NCBI GenBank assembly: GCA_964544545.1
Contig: CAZJCG010000003.1
Coordinates: forward strand, 54,747-118,746
Length of the DNA stretch: 64,000 nucleotides
Direction: 5' to 3'
From: an uncultured Lentimicrobiaceae bacterium
Lineage (GTDB): Bacteria; Bacteroidota; Bacteroidia; Bacteroidales; UBA4417
Positions within the stretch are counted from its first letter, which is position 1; every line of letters begins with the position of its first letter. Made by a program: the position numbers and the translations under genes. The notes under the pieces were generated by a model. It saw nothing but the letters and a program-made list of their open reading frames with translations. It had not been told where the DNA came from and did not search any database. Positions 28,637 to 37,747 of the stretch are shown here, piece by piece.

Positions 28637-28993
28637 TTAACTATTGACAATATTCATGTCAAGAAGGTTATACACCTTGTCAGAAGAATAATACCAAGTG
28701 CCCCCAACTTTTGTTGGGCAAAGGATGCCTTTCTTACAGAGGTTTCTCAATGTTCCTTGTGAGCAACCAAGTATATTTCTTACTTCATATGATTTGAGGA
28801 AAGACTTTTTCTCACAGGGAAGGTTTGATAGCATGTTTTTCAAATCATCCGTTATCATTTCTTTCATGTGCTGAAAGTCATCCATTGTGGCATAAATGGT
28901 CTCTCTGGGATGATCCTGAAACCCACTGCACTCATTTTTTTTACAGTTTTGATTCTTGCACATACGCTTTGTTTGTTTTATGGCAAAAATCAC
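28637..28993 (-). CDS. Excisionase-family (HTH_17/MerR-like) DNA-binding protein
   Basis: 118 aa. C-terminal YEVRNILGCSQGTLRNLCKKGILCPTKVGGTWYYSSDKVYNLL is typical of Bacteroidota xis-like HTH proteins. Confidence 0.7.
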   Translation of the reverse strand: MIFAIKQTKRMCKNQNCKKNECSGFQDHPRETIYATMDDFQHMKEMITDDLKNMLSNLPCEKKSFLKSYEVRNILGCSQGTLRNLCKKGILCPTKVGGTWYYSSDKVYNLLDMNIVNS

Positions 28994-29464
28994 CTGTTTG
29001 AATCAATTTGGATAAGTTTGATTCTAATTGCTACCTCTACTATAGCACTTTTTTTAACAGTGTTTTCGCTAGTCAAATAGAATTGTAAAGATTCTTGCAA
29101 TTAAGGGAAGCTATTTCCAGTGGCACAATTCGTTGATATCATCTACAGATTAAAAATTCAGGTTGTTGGATGCCTGGTTCGCCGCCGCTTGCGGAGTTGG
29201 GATCTGTGCCGTGGGTTTATAGTAAGCCTGACTGTTTATGGTGCGGGGTATTCATTTCTGCATTAGAAATCTAATTTGCTTTCTAGAGTTAGAAATTTTT
29301 CAATGCATACAAAATCAGGATATTGAAAGATGTCTTATTTAATGGATATGGCAGGAGGATCAAATAAATATTCAGCATAGAAGAGTACTCTTTTTTGTAC
29401 AAACAAATTTGTTATTGTTGTATTATTGCTTGATCATTATCATATCAATTAGAAATTATCTAAT

Positions 29465-30682
29465 ATGAAGGCTTATCTTGCAAGTATTGCTAAACAGTTG
29501 AAAGACTGTAGTACGTCATTAGATAAAACAGCTATTCTGATTGACAAACCATGGGTGCTTTTTGATTCTGTAAATGGGAGCACTAAACTAATATTCAGGA
29601 AGGACAAATCACTAATAATATCAAAGAATGGTAAGGCAATTGTCGGAAACTGGGACTATATCCCAGCAGTTCAATCCTTAATGCTCGATCTGGTATTTGA
29701 GAAACTTTTATGTAATGAGGCATTTTCTGATGAAGCTGCAATTATTCTGAAGCTTGATGGGACCTCTGATCATATTATCCTGATGAATGAAGATTTGATC
29801 GCAGATTTAAATTATAAAAGATATTTGGATCGCATTAAAAATGAGAAACATCATATAGTAACAAAACAGTTGATAAGTGGAGAAACCTTAGAGATAAAAG
29901 CTAAAGATCATCAAGGGAATAATTCCGGTATAGTAACTGTCGGTTGTGAAGTAACTATTGATGGAAGCAGAGTCTCTGATGGCATATTTTCAACAAAAGA
30001 TTCAAACCAAGAATATTATATTAAAGATAGTAAAATCCAAGAAATTCGAACTAAAAGGAGTTATAAGAGTCGTTCCGGATTGATCTTAATGATTATGGAA
30101 ACCACCAACTATTATCATAATATTGGTGATAAAGTATTGATAAATAATAGGATAGCGTCTGATGGGAAATACGTTCTAGATGATGGTGTAACAATTATTG
30201 TACAGCATGGAAAAATCGCGAAAGTCATTATGACACGCAATATTGTCGTCTATATCGTATTATCCTCAGTACTGTTGGTCGCCTTCCTTTCCATCCTCTA
30301 TCTCATCGATTCTTCGCCGCAAAAGTCACCTGATGTGAATTCATCAGACCAAAGTAATAGTGTAATAGATACCAATTCGATCATATCTTCTCAGGATTTG
30401 AGTTCAGAAAGCACATCAGACAGTGTAATGAATAGTAGTAATCCTGGTACAAGTGATATGATCGAGAACGTAGAAACGGCTGTTGATAATAATACTTCTG
30501 AACAGCTTGTATATGAAGAAAATATCATTGGATACTGGTTTACACCCCGAATGATTCTACCAAGTATAGAGTTTTTTAGTGATCATAGTTGCGTATTTAT
30601 TTCTGACAATATTAACGGAGGCAGAAATATTCAGAATGGTTATTTCCAATTAGTTGACGCTTCAATCAGTGTTTATTTCTAA
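29465..30682 (+). CDS. Hypothetical single-pass membrane protein with a Ser-rich linker
   Basis: 405 aa. TM segment IVVYIVLSSVLLVAFLSILYLI followed by a Ser/Asn-rich stretch. AT-rich. Confidence 0.55.
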   Translation: MKAYLASIAKQLKDCSTSLDKTAILIDKPWVLFDSVNGSTKLIFRKDKSLIISKNGKAIVGNWDYIPAVQSLMLDLVFEKLLCNEAFSDEAAIILKLDGTSDHIILMNEDLIADLNYKRYLDRIKNEKHHIVTKQLISGETLEIKAKDHQGNNSGIVTVGCEVTIDGSRVSDGIFSTKDSNQEYYIKDSKIQEIRTKRSYKSRSGLILMIMETTNYYHNIGDKVLINNRIASDGKYVLDDGVTIIVQHGKIAKVIMTRNIVVYIVLSSVLLVAFLSILYLIDSSPQKSPDVNSSDQSNSVIDTNSIISSQDLSSESTSDSVMNSSNPGTSDMIENVETAVDNNTSEQLVYEENIIGYWFTPRMILPSIEFFSDHSCVFISDNINGGRNIQNGYFQLVDASISVYF

Positions 30683-30863
30683 GATAAATCACCTTCGGTG
30701 ATTTTAAAATTTGTACAGGGCGAAGGAATTGATCAAGGAAAATCTTTCATTGAATATGAGGGATCATTTCTCGTAAAAGGAAATAGATAATTGGAATAAG
30801 AAGTGTTCAACTACTATGGGCGATTGAATGCATTGATAATAGGAAGTAGAGAAATCTTAAGTA

Positions 30864-30895
30864 ATGCCCCCTCAAAACTTCTAAGGGGGCATTTT
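30864..30895 (+). terminator. Hairpin between convergent genes
   Basis: atgccccct (30864..30872) pairs with agggggcat (30884..30892), loop caaaacttcta, then ttt. Confidence 0.4.
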
Positions 30896-30932
30896 CGGTG
30901 CTAATTCAGAAAAATCAAACTAAGGTATTTAT

Positions 30933-31418
30933 TCAAATCTCAGCCTCTGTTAAATATAAAGACGTATCCTTATGCGTCCTCTCAACTATTACCATGTTTA
31001 TATCTATTAGCTTTGTTCCTCTGCATAATTGGTCAACAATTGCTTTCAGGTCCTCATTGTCCTTTGCCATAAGTGATACCAGGAACTGCCTCGATTTGAT
31101 CAAAGGGGATTTCATTTTTAATTCAAAGCATTGTGTAACTTCCCTGGTTGCCTTGGCATTACCAATGAATCTGTTGTACTTTTCTTCCGGAACTGAGATA
31201 AAAATTACTGACTTCAACAGATAGTTGAATAATGGGTAATTTACGGCTGCCCGGCAATTTTTCAGGAATCCTCTTCGATAAAGATACTTGACCCTTACCA
31301 AGGTCGGTCCCGGGGATAACCCTATCTTCTTAGCTAAGGATCGGTTGGTTATCCGGGCATTGTTCTGGAGTTGGTTAATGATCATTAGATCAATTTCATC
31401 AATGACTTTTTTCTTCAT
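30933..31418 (-). CDS. Lrp/AsnC-family transcriptional regulator
   Basis: 161 aa. N-terminal HTH IDLMIINQLQNNARITNRSLAKKIGLSPGPTLVRVKYL followed by a RAM-like C-terminal half. Confidence 0.8.
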   Translation of the reverse strand: MKKKVIDEIDLMIINQLQNNARITNRSLAKKIGLSPGPTLVRVKYLYRRGFLKNCRAAVNYPLFNYLLKSVIFISVPEEKYNRFIGNAKATREVTQCFELKMKSPLIKSRQFLVSLMAKDNEDLKAIVDQLCRGTKLIDINMVIVERTHKDTSLYLTEAEI

Positions 31419-31752
31419 ACTATGGTTATTATTTATCGTGAGGCGTATGTTGATTTAGGGTTTACTTTTGAAGTATTGAGAGGAAGCTGAAGTCAAAAAG
31501 TCTTATATTAATTAAGATGGAGAGACTTCAATCTTCAAGCAGATCCAATTTATGGCATCAGCAGCCATCTGTCCGTTTCAAGGGCTTCAGAAAGGCAAAT
31601 TGACGGGCACGCGATAGGCTCTGTCCATTATCCCGTCAAAGCTTTCCGTTGGCAGGAATTATGCCGGGAAGAATTTATCAGATTTTGAGAGTAACTCAAA
31701 TCCCGCCAAAGCTCCCAAGTTTGGAAGCCCCCCGTACCCTTTTAGGCACTAT

Positions 31753-31774
31753 CCCCCCGAGGGGGGTTTATTTT
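31753..31774 (+). terminator. G/C hairpin plus T-rich tail with no annotated upstream plus-strand gene
   Basis: ccccccgagggggg (31753..31766) followed by tttatttt. Confidence 0.4.
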
Positions 31775-32035
31775 GAGGAGCAACAGGCTTATTGAGAGTC
31801 TCAAAAAAAATAACAAAAAAAATTGAGTATATAAAAAATTGTAATATCTGAGTAGTATTATTATCTTTGCATATGAAAATTATATATAACCTGAACCCAA
31901 TCCTTAACATAAACGGCTTCCTTGGTACCACCTATGACTTAGGTGCTACCTTCGTGACCATCATCCAGCGTCCTTCCGATGGGTGCTTGGCTGCGCTGAT
32001 TGTGGACAACGGGTTGGAGATCAAGGAATACAATT

Positions 32036-32455
32036 ATGCCAAGTCCAAGCGTCAGGCTAATCAACAGAACAGCCTTAGACCTTTATCAAGAGGGATTGAC
32101 TCTTGAGCAGATAGCGGCATTTGAGTACATTGTAGATATAGCGAGATTCTCAACAAACGCGGTATTTAAGCTGAAATCCAGCACCATCCAACGAGAACTG
32201 CGAATAGGGAGAAGAAAGACAGAGGCAATACTCGGATGGCTTCAGGAAATCGAAATCTTGAAGTATAAACCCCAACCGGTCGGAAAGACCGGAGTTTACT
32301 TCTTTGATTTCCACCGACTCCTCAAGAACCCCAAATTGATCTTTCGTGAAGGTATCCCGGCAACTGCCGAATACGAGTTTCTAACCAAGGCGTCTACTCA
32401 TGCCCGGCGCCTCGAAATATTCAAGGAACATGCAAAACGAAGAGATGATCGTTGA
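32036..32455 (+). CDS. Hypothetical protein, wHTH-like
   Basis: ORF 32000..32455; the likely start is ATG 32036 (MPSPSVRLINRTALDLYQEGLTLEQ). STIQRELRIGRRKTEAILGWLQEIEIL looks like an HTH. Confidence 0.5.
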   Translation: MPSPSVRLINRTALDLYQEGLTLEQIAAFEYIVDIARFSTNAVFKLKSSTIQRELRIGRRKTEAILGWLQEIEILKYKPQPVGKTGVYFFDFHRLLKNPKLIFREGIPATAEYEFLTKASTHARRLEIFKEHAKRRDDR

Positions 32456-32717
32456 TTGGAACTGCAAAGATCCCTGGTGCCGGGTCTGTGGAAACCGGCA
32501 GTTCACTATCCTGGATACAGTGGTAGCGAAGATCCCTGGAGAGCTTTGGGTGTGTGACACATGCAGGATGGTCTATCTCAAGACCCAGGACATGCAGCAA
32601 GGGCACATCAGGGTACTGGGCTTCCTTCCCCAGGTCAATTACTTCAACATGCTGGTCAATGGAAGGCTGGATTTTGCAGTCTCCATGCGCAAGTCAGTTT
32701 CACCCGAAGAAAATTGA
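32430..32717 (+). CDS. Small zinc-ribbon protein
   Basis: CKDPWCRVCGNRQF...VCDTCRMVY provides two CxxC pairs. Overlaps the end of the previous gene. The start is uncertain (32400, 32430 or 32445). Confidence 0.45.
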   Translation: MQNEEMIVDWNCKDPWCRVCGNRQFTILDTVVAKIPGELWVCDTCRMVYLKTQDMQQGHIRVLGFLPQVNYFNMLVNGRLDFAVSMRKSVSPEEN

Positions 32718-32951
32718 TGAGATCCTCCCATTGTACATTTGTACATTGAAACCCCGAAAAATTCCCTCTGAAACCGTTGATACTCTAAGAGCCCAGAAGC
32801 CCGAAAAATTTCCTAATATTATATATACTCTCTATTCAATAGTTAAACCGTTCAATAGTTTAAATAGTTAGTATATAGGGTAGCCGGGAAAATACAGCGA
32901 GATTAGATCAAAGGTATCAGAGATTTTACAGACCAAATACAGTGACACAGT

Positions 32952-33452
32952 ATGACCTTAATTAAGTATAACGATGGGGAGTTCGATTGGACCTTTGTGC
33001 ACCATCCGCTCATTGATCCGCCCCTGATCTATTACATGCTGGATGAACGATTCACCGTAATCCAGCCAAAGCTCCTTCCCCCTCACCAGGAAAACTATGT
33101 TATGGGAGTGGATCCGGTAAAAGGGGGAAACCCGGCTCTCGTTATGTGTATGCATGGAAGCAGGGATGCCGAAGGAAATGGAATCCTGGAGCAGGTTGTC
33201 TATAAGGACATGCCGAAACAAGATGCACTTCAGAAGATCATGGACGCACAGGGATTCGTGCCTTTCTCCAAGATCTTCGAGATCTATGAGGACAATGACT
33301 TGGTGCCTGGAGAATTGATCAAGATGTCTGTTGAGTACCCGGGCAGGTGCGATAGGCAGTACGTCATTATGACGAGCCGGAAAGGACTGGAGGAAATGCG
33401 GAAGGCTATTAGCGAAGCCCTGGAAGAATCACTTACTAAACAACCACAGTGA
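32952..33452 (+). CDS. Hypothetical protein
   Basis: 166-aa ORF. Tightly packed with the following small genes. No family recognised. Confidence 0.5.
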   Translation: MTLIKYNDGEFDWTFVHHPLIDPPLIYYMLDERFTVIQPKLLPPHQENYVMGVDPVKGGNPALVMCMHGSRDAEGNGILEQVVYKDMPKQDALQKIMDAQGFVPFSKIFEIYEDNDLVPGELIKMSVEYPGRCDRQYVIMTSRKGLEEMRKAISEALEESLTKQPQ

Positions 33453-33453
33453 T

Positions 33454-33660
33454 ATGGATATTAATAAAATAAAAGAAAAGATGAAAAAATACAGGGACTT
33501 CTATGGCGGGGATCTGCTGGAAGTCTCTGAAATAGACAAATGCGAGACGAAGGAAGAGCTTAACAAGATACTGGAGAACCATCGGGCTCACATGGAGGAT
33601 ATGCTTTCAGACGCCCACTCGCATCTCGACAATTTCAAAAGAAAACTTGGGCTTTTATGA
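33454..33660 (+). CDS. Hypothetical small helical protein
   Basis: 68 aa. Starts 1 nt after the previous stop. Charged, helical composition. Confidence 0.45.
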   Translation: MDINKIKEKMKKYRDFYGGDLLEVSEIDKCETKEELNKILENHRAHMEDMLSDAHSHLDNFKRKLGLL

Positions 33661-33854
33661 CGAGCTACGATTCAATAACAATATACAATAACGGGGACGA
33701 CTTTATCCCGACGTTCTCAAAAGACACCATGGTTATCGCCGGCAATTCCGGTTCCAGGCAATTTCCATTAGCCTACATACGCAGACCCAAAGGAATAAGC
33801 AAAGAGGATTGGGCTGTGTTGAAAGAGAAAATTCAAATAACAGTACTGAAATGA
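33657..33854 (+). CDS. Hypothetical small protein
   Basis: 65 aa. ATGA overlap with the previous gene. Confidence 0.4.
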   Translation: MTSYDSITIYNNGDDFIPTFSKDTMVIAGNSGSRQFPLAYIRRPKGISKEDWAVLKEKIQITVLK

Positions 33855-34321
33855 ACTACAATCTCAAGCAACCACTAAAAGCCATTCCATACGAGAAAGG
33901 ATTGGAAGACGGCTTCGCCAAACTCGGACCACGGGACTACCCGGAGATAATCAAAGCCTGGTTCCCGGATGCAAAAATGGACTTCTCGGAGTCATTTATG
34001 GTTCCGTATATCAATTACCGGTACAGCGCCTACGTTATTGCTCCCGGAGATATCATCATATTATTCCCGGACGGGACTAAGCTGCCGTTCACGCAGGAAC
34101 TTTGCGACAAGATTTTCGAGAAGGCTGGCACAAAGCGAATAGAAGTGAAAGCCTATCAGGACGATTGCGGGCATTGGTACCTGGTTCCTGTCGAACTCGC
34201 AGAGCAGTTCCGTAAGGATCTGGAGGACGAAGAAATGGCGGATTCCGGAGAGTTTGATGCCAAATACGGTCAGTATATGACCGGCGGGGATCTGAACCGG
34301 AAGAAGTTGTACACTGAATAA
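33851..34321 (+). CDS. Hypothetical protein
   Basis: ORF 33809..34321; the likely start is ATG 33851 (MNYNLKQ), which overlaps the previous stop as ATGA. Confidence 0.5.
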   Translation: MNYNLKQPLKAIPYEKGLEDGFAKLGPRDYPEIIKAWFPDAKMDFSESFMVPYINYRYSAYVIAPGDIIILFPDGTKLPFTQELCDKIFEKAGTKRIEVKAYQDDCGHWYLVPVELAEQFRKDLEDEEMADSGEFDAKYGQYMTGGDLNRKKLYTE

Positions 34322-34366
34322 TAACCCGGGCACACACGAATAGTCTTCCCAAGTTTATTTAAAAAG

Positions 34367-34394
34367 AAAGGTCGGATTCGCTCCGACCTTTTTT
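34367..34394 (+). terminator. Rho-independent terminator ending the small-gene module
   Basis: aaaggtcgga (34367..34376), loop ttcgc, tccgaccttt (34382..34391), then ttt. Confidence 0.75.
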
Positions 34395-34517
34395 ATCTTA
34401 GCGCTGGAAACTGCTTTTTTGAACGAGACGAATTCTGCAAAATTCGGCAACATTCGGCAGCACCGTAAAATAACTGATTTTCAACGCGCTCAAAATCAGC
34501 TACTTATGCTAAGATTA

Positions 34518-34548
34518 GTACCCGAAGCCGGAATCGAACCGGCATGGC
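34518..34548. repeat. tRNA-proximal att repeat
   Basis: Identical 31 bp to 7478..7508. Covers the acceptor 3' strand, the T-arm and part of the variable arm of tRNA-Leu. Confidence 0.9.
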
Positions 34549-34603
34549 CGCAATGGCCAAAGGATTTTAAGTCCTTCGTGTCTACCAGTTTCACCATTCG
34601 GGC
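34519..34603 (-). tRNA. tRNA-Leu (anticodon UAA)
   Basis: The minus strand reads GCCCGAATGGTGAAACTGGTAGACACGAAGGACTTAAAATCCTTTGGCCATTGCGGCCATGCCGGTTCGATTCCGGCTTCGGGTA. Acceptor GCCCGAA/TTCGGGT, anticodon loop CTTAAAA, long variable arm, T-loop GGTTCGATTCC. No CCA is encoded. Confidence 0.9.
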
Positions 34604-34675
34604 ACTGGAATCTGCTGCAAAGATAGTAAAGATTGATATAAAAAAACTCCCGGCGTATTGCCAGGAGCTTTGCTG

Positions 34676-34748
34676 AGCGGAAAACGAGACTCGAACTCGC
34701 GACCCCAACCTTGGCAAGGTTGTGCTCTACCAACTGAGCTACTTCCGC
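34676..34748 (-). tRNA. tRNA-Gly (anticodon GCC)
   Basis: The minus strand reads GCGGAAGTAGCTCAGTTGGTAGAGCACAACCTTGCCAAGGTTGGGGTCGCGAGTTCGAGTCTCGTTTTCCGCT. Anticodon loop TTGCCAA, T-loop GTTCGAGTC. Confidence 0.9.
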
Positions 34749-34986
34749 CTGTTTTTCCCGTTAGGGAGTGCAAATATACAATTATTTTCAAAAAGCAATG
34801 AGAGGTGAAAAATAATTTTTGGACACGTTCTGACGCCGGCAGCCGGAGGATAGAGCAGGATACCGGCACTCATTGATTACTATAGTGAGCCCGTGAGGAA
34901 TTTGCGGAATGTAGTTCGAAATCGCGGGTTCAGGGCTTCATTTCGTTATTGCCTTCACACCCCGATTACTGCACCGACTTTCGGGA

Positions 34987-37647
34987 TCAGTACTTTTTCA
35001 GCATCTTCTTGATCTCGTTCAGTTTCATCAATGCCTCTACCGGGGTTAGGGTGTCGATGTCGAGTTGCTGGATGTCGTCGCGGATACGGCCCAGCAACGG
35101 ATCTTCAAGCTGGAAAAAGCTTAGCTGATAGGGATCTTCCTGTTTTACCGTTGATTTCTCTTTTGTTCCGGAAGATCCGAGTTCGCCTGATCCGTGTTTC
35201 TTTTCCAGTTGTTCGAGCAACTCATCGGCCCGCTGCAAAAGACTTCCGGGCATCCCGGCCATACGGGCCACATGGATGCCAAAACTGTGGGCACTCCCGC
35301 CCGGGGTTAGTTTCCGAAGAAAGATCACCTTTTTCCCGACTTCCTTAACGGACACATGGAAATTCCGGATCCTCGGCTTGGAAACCGCCATCTCATTCAG
35401 CTCATGGTAATGCGTGGCGAAAAGGACCTTTGCCCGGTAAAGCGGGTGATCGTGGAGATATTCGGCAATGGCCCAGGCAATGGATATTCCATCGTAAGTG
35501 CTGGTTCCGCGTCCGATCTCGTCCAGCAGGATCAGGCTGCGGTTGGAGATATTGTTCAGAATGCTGGCAGTTTCATTCATTTCAACCATGAAGGTCGATT
35601 CTCCGGATGTAATGTTGTCGGAGGCGCCAACCCGGGTGAAAACCTTATCTACAATCCCGATCTCGGCCGAATCGGCAGGCACGTAACAACCCGTCTGGGC
35701 CATCAGCACTATCAACGCTGTTTGCCTCAGCAATGCCGATTTTCCCGACATATTGGGACCGGTTAGCATGATGATTTGCTGTCCGTCATTATCAAGCTGG
35801 ACATCATTGGCTATGTAATCTTCACCGGCAGGCATATTCCTTTCGATCACCGGATGACGGCCCTGGCGGATATCGATCCGGTAGGAATCATTCATTACAG
35901 GACGGACATACCGGTTACTTACGGCAACTCTCGCAAACGAAAGAAGACAGTCGAGCCGGGCGATCAACTGGGCATCAAGCTGTATGGGCTGGATATAATC
36001 TCCGAGGCTGAGGACCAGTTCGTTAAACAGACCGGCCTCAAGTTCCAGGATCTTTTCTTCGGCTCCCAGTATCTTCTGTTCATATTCCTTCAACTCTTCA
36101 GTGATGTAACGCTCGGCATTCACGAGTGTCTGTTTCCGCATCCATTCGGGCGGTACCTTTTCCTTATGCGAATTGGTCACTTCGAGGTAATAACCGAAAA
36201 CGTTGTTGAATCCGACTTTCAGGGAGCTGATCCCTGTTCGTTCTACCTCGCGTTGCTGAAGCTGGACAAGGTAATCTTTCCCCGAGAAAGCCAGTTTCCG
36301 GAGTTCATCCAGTTCGGGTGAGATACCGTCTTCGATCACCATTCCCTTCGAAACCATGACGGGAGGGTCAGGCTTGATGGTCCGGCCAATCCGTTCGGCG
36401 ATCAACTCACAGGGATTCAGTTGTTCGGCAAGCTGTTGCATGGCCGTCAGTTCGGAGGAAAGGCATGCCTGCCGGATCGGAAGGATAGCCTGCAGGGCTT
36501 TCCGGATCTGAAGGATCTCCCTTGGCGTAATCCGCCCGACAGCCACCTTGGAGATCAGCCGTTCCAGATCACCGATGATCTTGAGGTTGTGTTCAATGGT
36601 ATTGCAGAAGTCGGTATGTTGAATAAAATATTCCACAAGGTCGTGGCGCTCGGTCACCGGTTTGCGGTCCTTCAGCGGAAGCAACAGCCAGCGGCGCATA
36701 AGGCGCGATCCCATGGGAGAGATCGTCCGGTCGAGCACCGAGAGCAAAGTGGCTGCATTTTCATTCGGGGAATGGATCAGTTCCAGGTTCCGCACCGTGA
36801 ATTTGTCGAGCCAGACATAGTGTTCTTCTTCGATCCTCGAGAGTTTACAGATATGCTGGACTTTATCATGCTGTGTTTCTGAAAGATAATGCAATGCTAC
36901 GCCTGCGGCGATCACACCGTTTTCCAGATCGGTGATCCCAAAACCTTTCAGCGACTTTGTTCCGAAGTGCTTGAGCAGCATTTCGTAGGTGAAATCATAG
37001 GAGAAAACCCAGTCTTCGAAGTAGGAAAGGTAGAAGAGATCGCCGAAAGTCTCGGTGAACTGCTGCCGTTTATTCTTTTGTACGATGACCTCATTGGGTT
37101 TGAAGGTCTGAAGCAGTTTATCGATGTACTCATTGGATCCCTGCGCCAGCATGAATTCCCCTGTGGAAATATCCAGGAATGCGATGCCGGAAGATTTGGG
37201 CAGGAAGTGAATGGCTGCCAGGAAGTTATTCTCTTTATTCTCCAGAACTTTGTCGTTATACGACACTCCGGGTGTTACCAACTCTGTAACGCCGCGCTTA
37301 ACAATCGTTTTGGCCAGTTTGGGATCTTCGAGCTGGTCGCAGATGGCAACCCGGTAACCGGCCCGGACCAGTTTGGGAAGGTAGGTGTCGAGTGAATGGT
37401 GCGGGAAACCGGCCAACTCCACATACTGAGCCGATCCGTTTGCCCGCCGGGTAAGGATAATACCCAGAATATCGGATGCTTTGATGGCATCTTCCCCGAA
37501 TGTTTCATAAAAGTCTCCCACTCTGAACAATAACAAAGCATCCGGATACCGGGCCTTGATGGCGTTGTATTGTTTCATGAGCGGCGTAAGCGCCACCGTC
37601 TGCTGTTCCTTTTCTTTTGTCACCCTGATAATTGCTGGAATAGCCAC
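34987..37647 (-). CDS. mutS: DNA mismatch repair protein MutS
   Basis: 886 aa. [30 protein letters not shown], Walker [24 protein letters not shown]. Confidence 0.97.
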   Translation of the reverse strand: MAIPAIIRVTKEKEQQTVALTPLMKQYNAIKARYPDALLLFRVGDFYETFGEDAIKASDILGIILTRRANGSAQYVELAGFPHHSLDTYLPKLVRAGYRVAICDQLEDPKLAKTIVKRGVTELVTPGVSYNDKVLENKENNFLAAIHFLPKSSGIAFLDISTGEFMLAQGSNEYIDKLLQTFKPNEVIVQKNKRQQFTETFGDLFYLSYFEDWVFSYDFTYEMLLKHFGTKSLKGFGITDLENGVIAAGVALHYLSETQHDKVQHICKLSRIEEEHYVWLDKFTVRNLELIHSPNENAATLLSVLDRTISPMGSRLMRRWLLLPLKDRKPVTERHDLVEYFIQHTDFCNTIEHNLKIIGDLERLISKVAVGRITPREILQIRKALQAILPIRQACLSSELTAMQQLAEQLNPCELIAERIGRTIKPDPPVMVSKGMVIEDGISPELDELRKLAFSGKDYLVQLQQREVERTGISSLKVGFNNVFGYYLEVTNSHKEKVPPEWMRKQTLVNAERYITEELKEYEQKILGAEEKILELEAGLFNELVLSLGDYIQPIQLDAQLIARLDCLLSFARVAVSNRYVRPVMNDSYRIDIRQGRHPVIERNMPAGEDYIANDVQLDNDGQQIIMLTGPNMSGKSALLRQTALIVLMAQTGCYVPADSAEIGIVDKVFTRVGASDNITSGESTFMVEMNETASILNNISNRSLILLDEIGRGTSTYDGISIAWAIAEYLHDHPLYRAKVLFATHYHELNEMAVSKPRIRNFHVSVKEVGKKVIFLRKLTPGGSAHSFGIHVARMAGMPGSLLQRADELLEQLEKKHGSGELGSSGTKEKSTVKQEDPYQLSFFQLEDPLLGRIRDDIQQLDIDTLTPVEALMKLNEIKKMLKKY

Positions 37648-37747
37648 AAATTTAGGATTATCTGCCGACCGGCAAAAGCAAGGAACGCATCTGTTGATAA
37701 TTTTTACTTTTGTCGGATATTACTTCACTACAATGCGGAAACTGAAG

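Larger units (their letters stand above)
7478..34548. mobile_element. ~27.1-kb tRNA-Leu-integrated genomic island (integrase, xis-like HTH, primase-like remnant, defence cargo)
   Basis: Bounded by a perfect 31-bp direct repeat, one copy of which is the 3' end of an intact tRNA-Leu. A tyrosine recombinase gene starts 72 bp inside the left repeat. The interior is visibly more AT-rich than the flanks. The cargo is R-M and nuclease genes. Confidence 0.85.

Noticed and set aside
30680-30790. After the TAA stop of the 405-aa membrane protein the same frame stays open for 35 more codons (DKSPSVILKFVQGEGIDQGKSFIEYEGSFLVKGNR), suggesting a premature stop or readthrough
   Set aside because: A 35-codon open run after a stop is not statistically unusual, and I have no homologue to show a longer native protein. 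Noted only.
31867-32106. 79-aa plus-strand ORF overlapping the start of the 32000..32455 ORF
   Set aside because: Its start lies on or inside the putative TAnnTTTG promoter box, so it may not be transcribed as a coding start. It overlaps a better-looking wHTH ORF in another frame. A frameshifted longer gene cannot be excluded.
34419-34869. ORF-track entries 34419..34676 (+), 34496..34717 (-), 34515..34733 (-) and 34591..34869 (-)
   Set aside because: They run through the two tRNA genes and the att region. The apparent similarity of 34419..34676 to the integrase N-terminus (GNIRQH) is explained by a shared 16-bp DNA motif, not by a protein-coding remnant.
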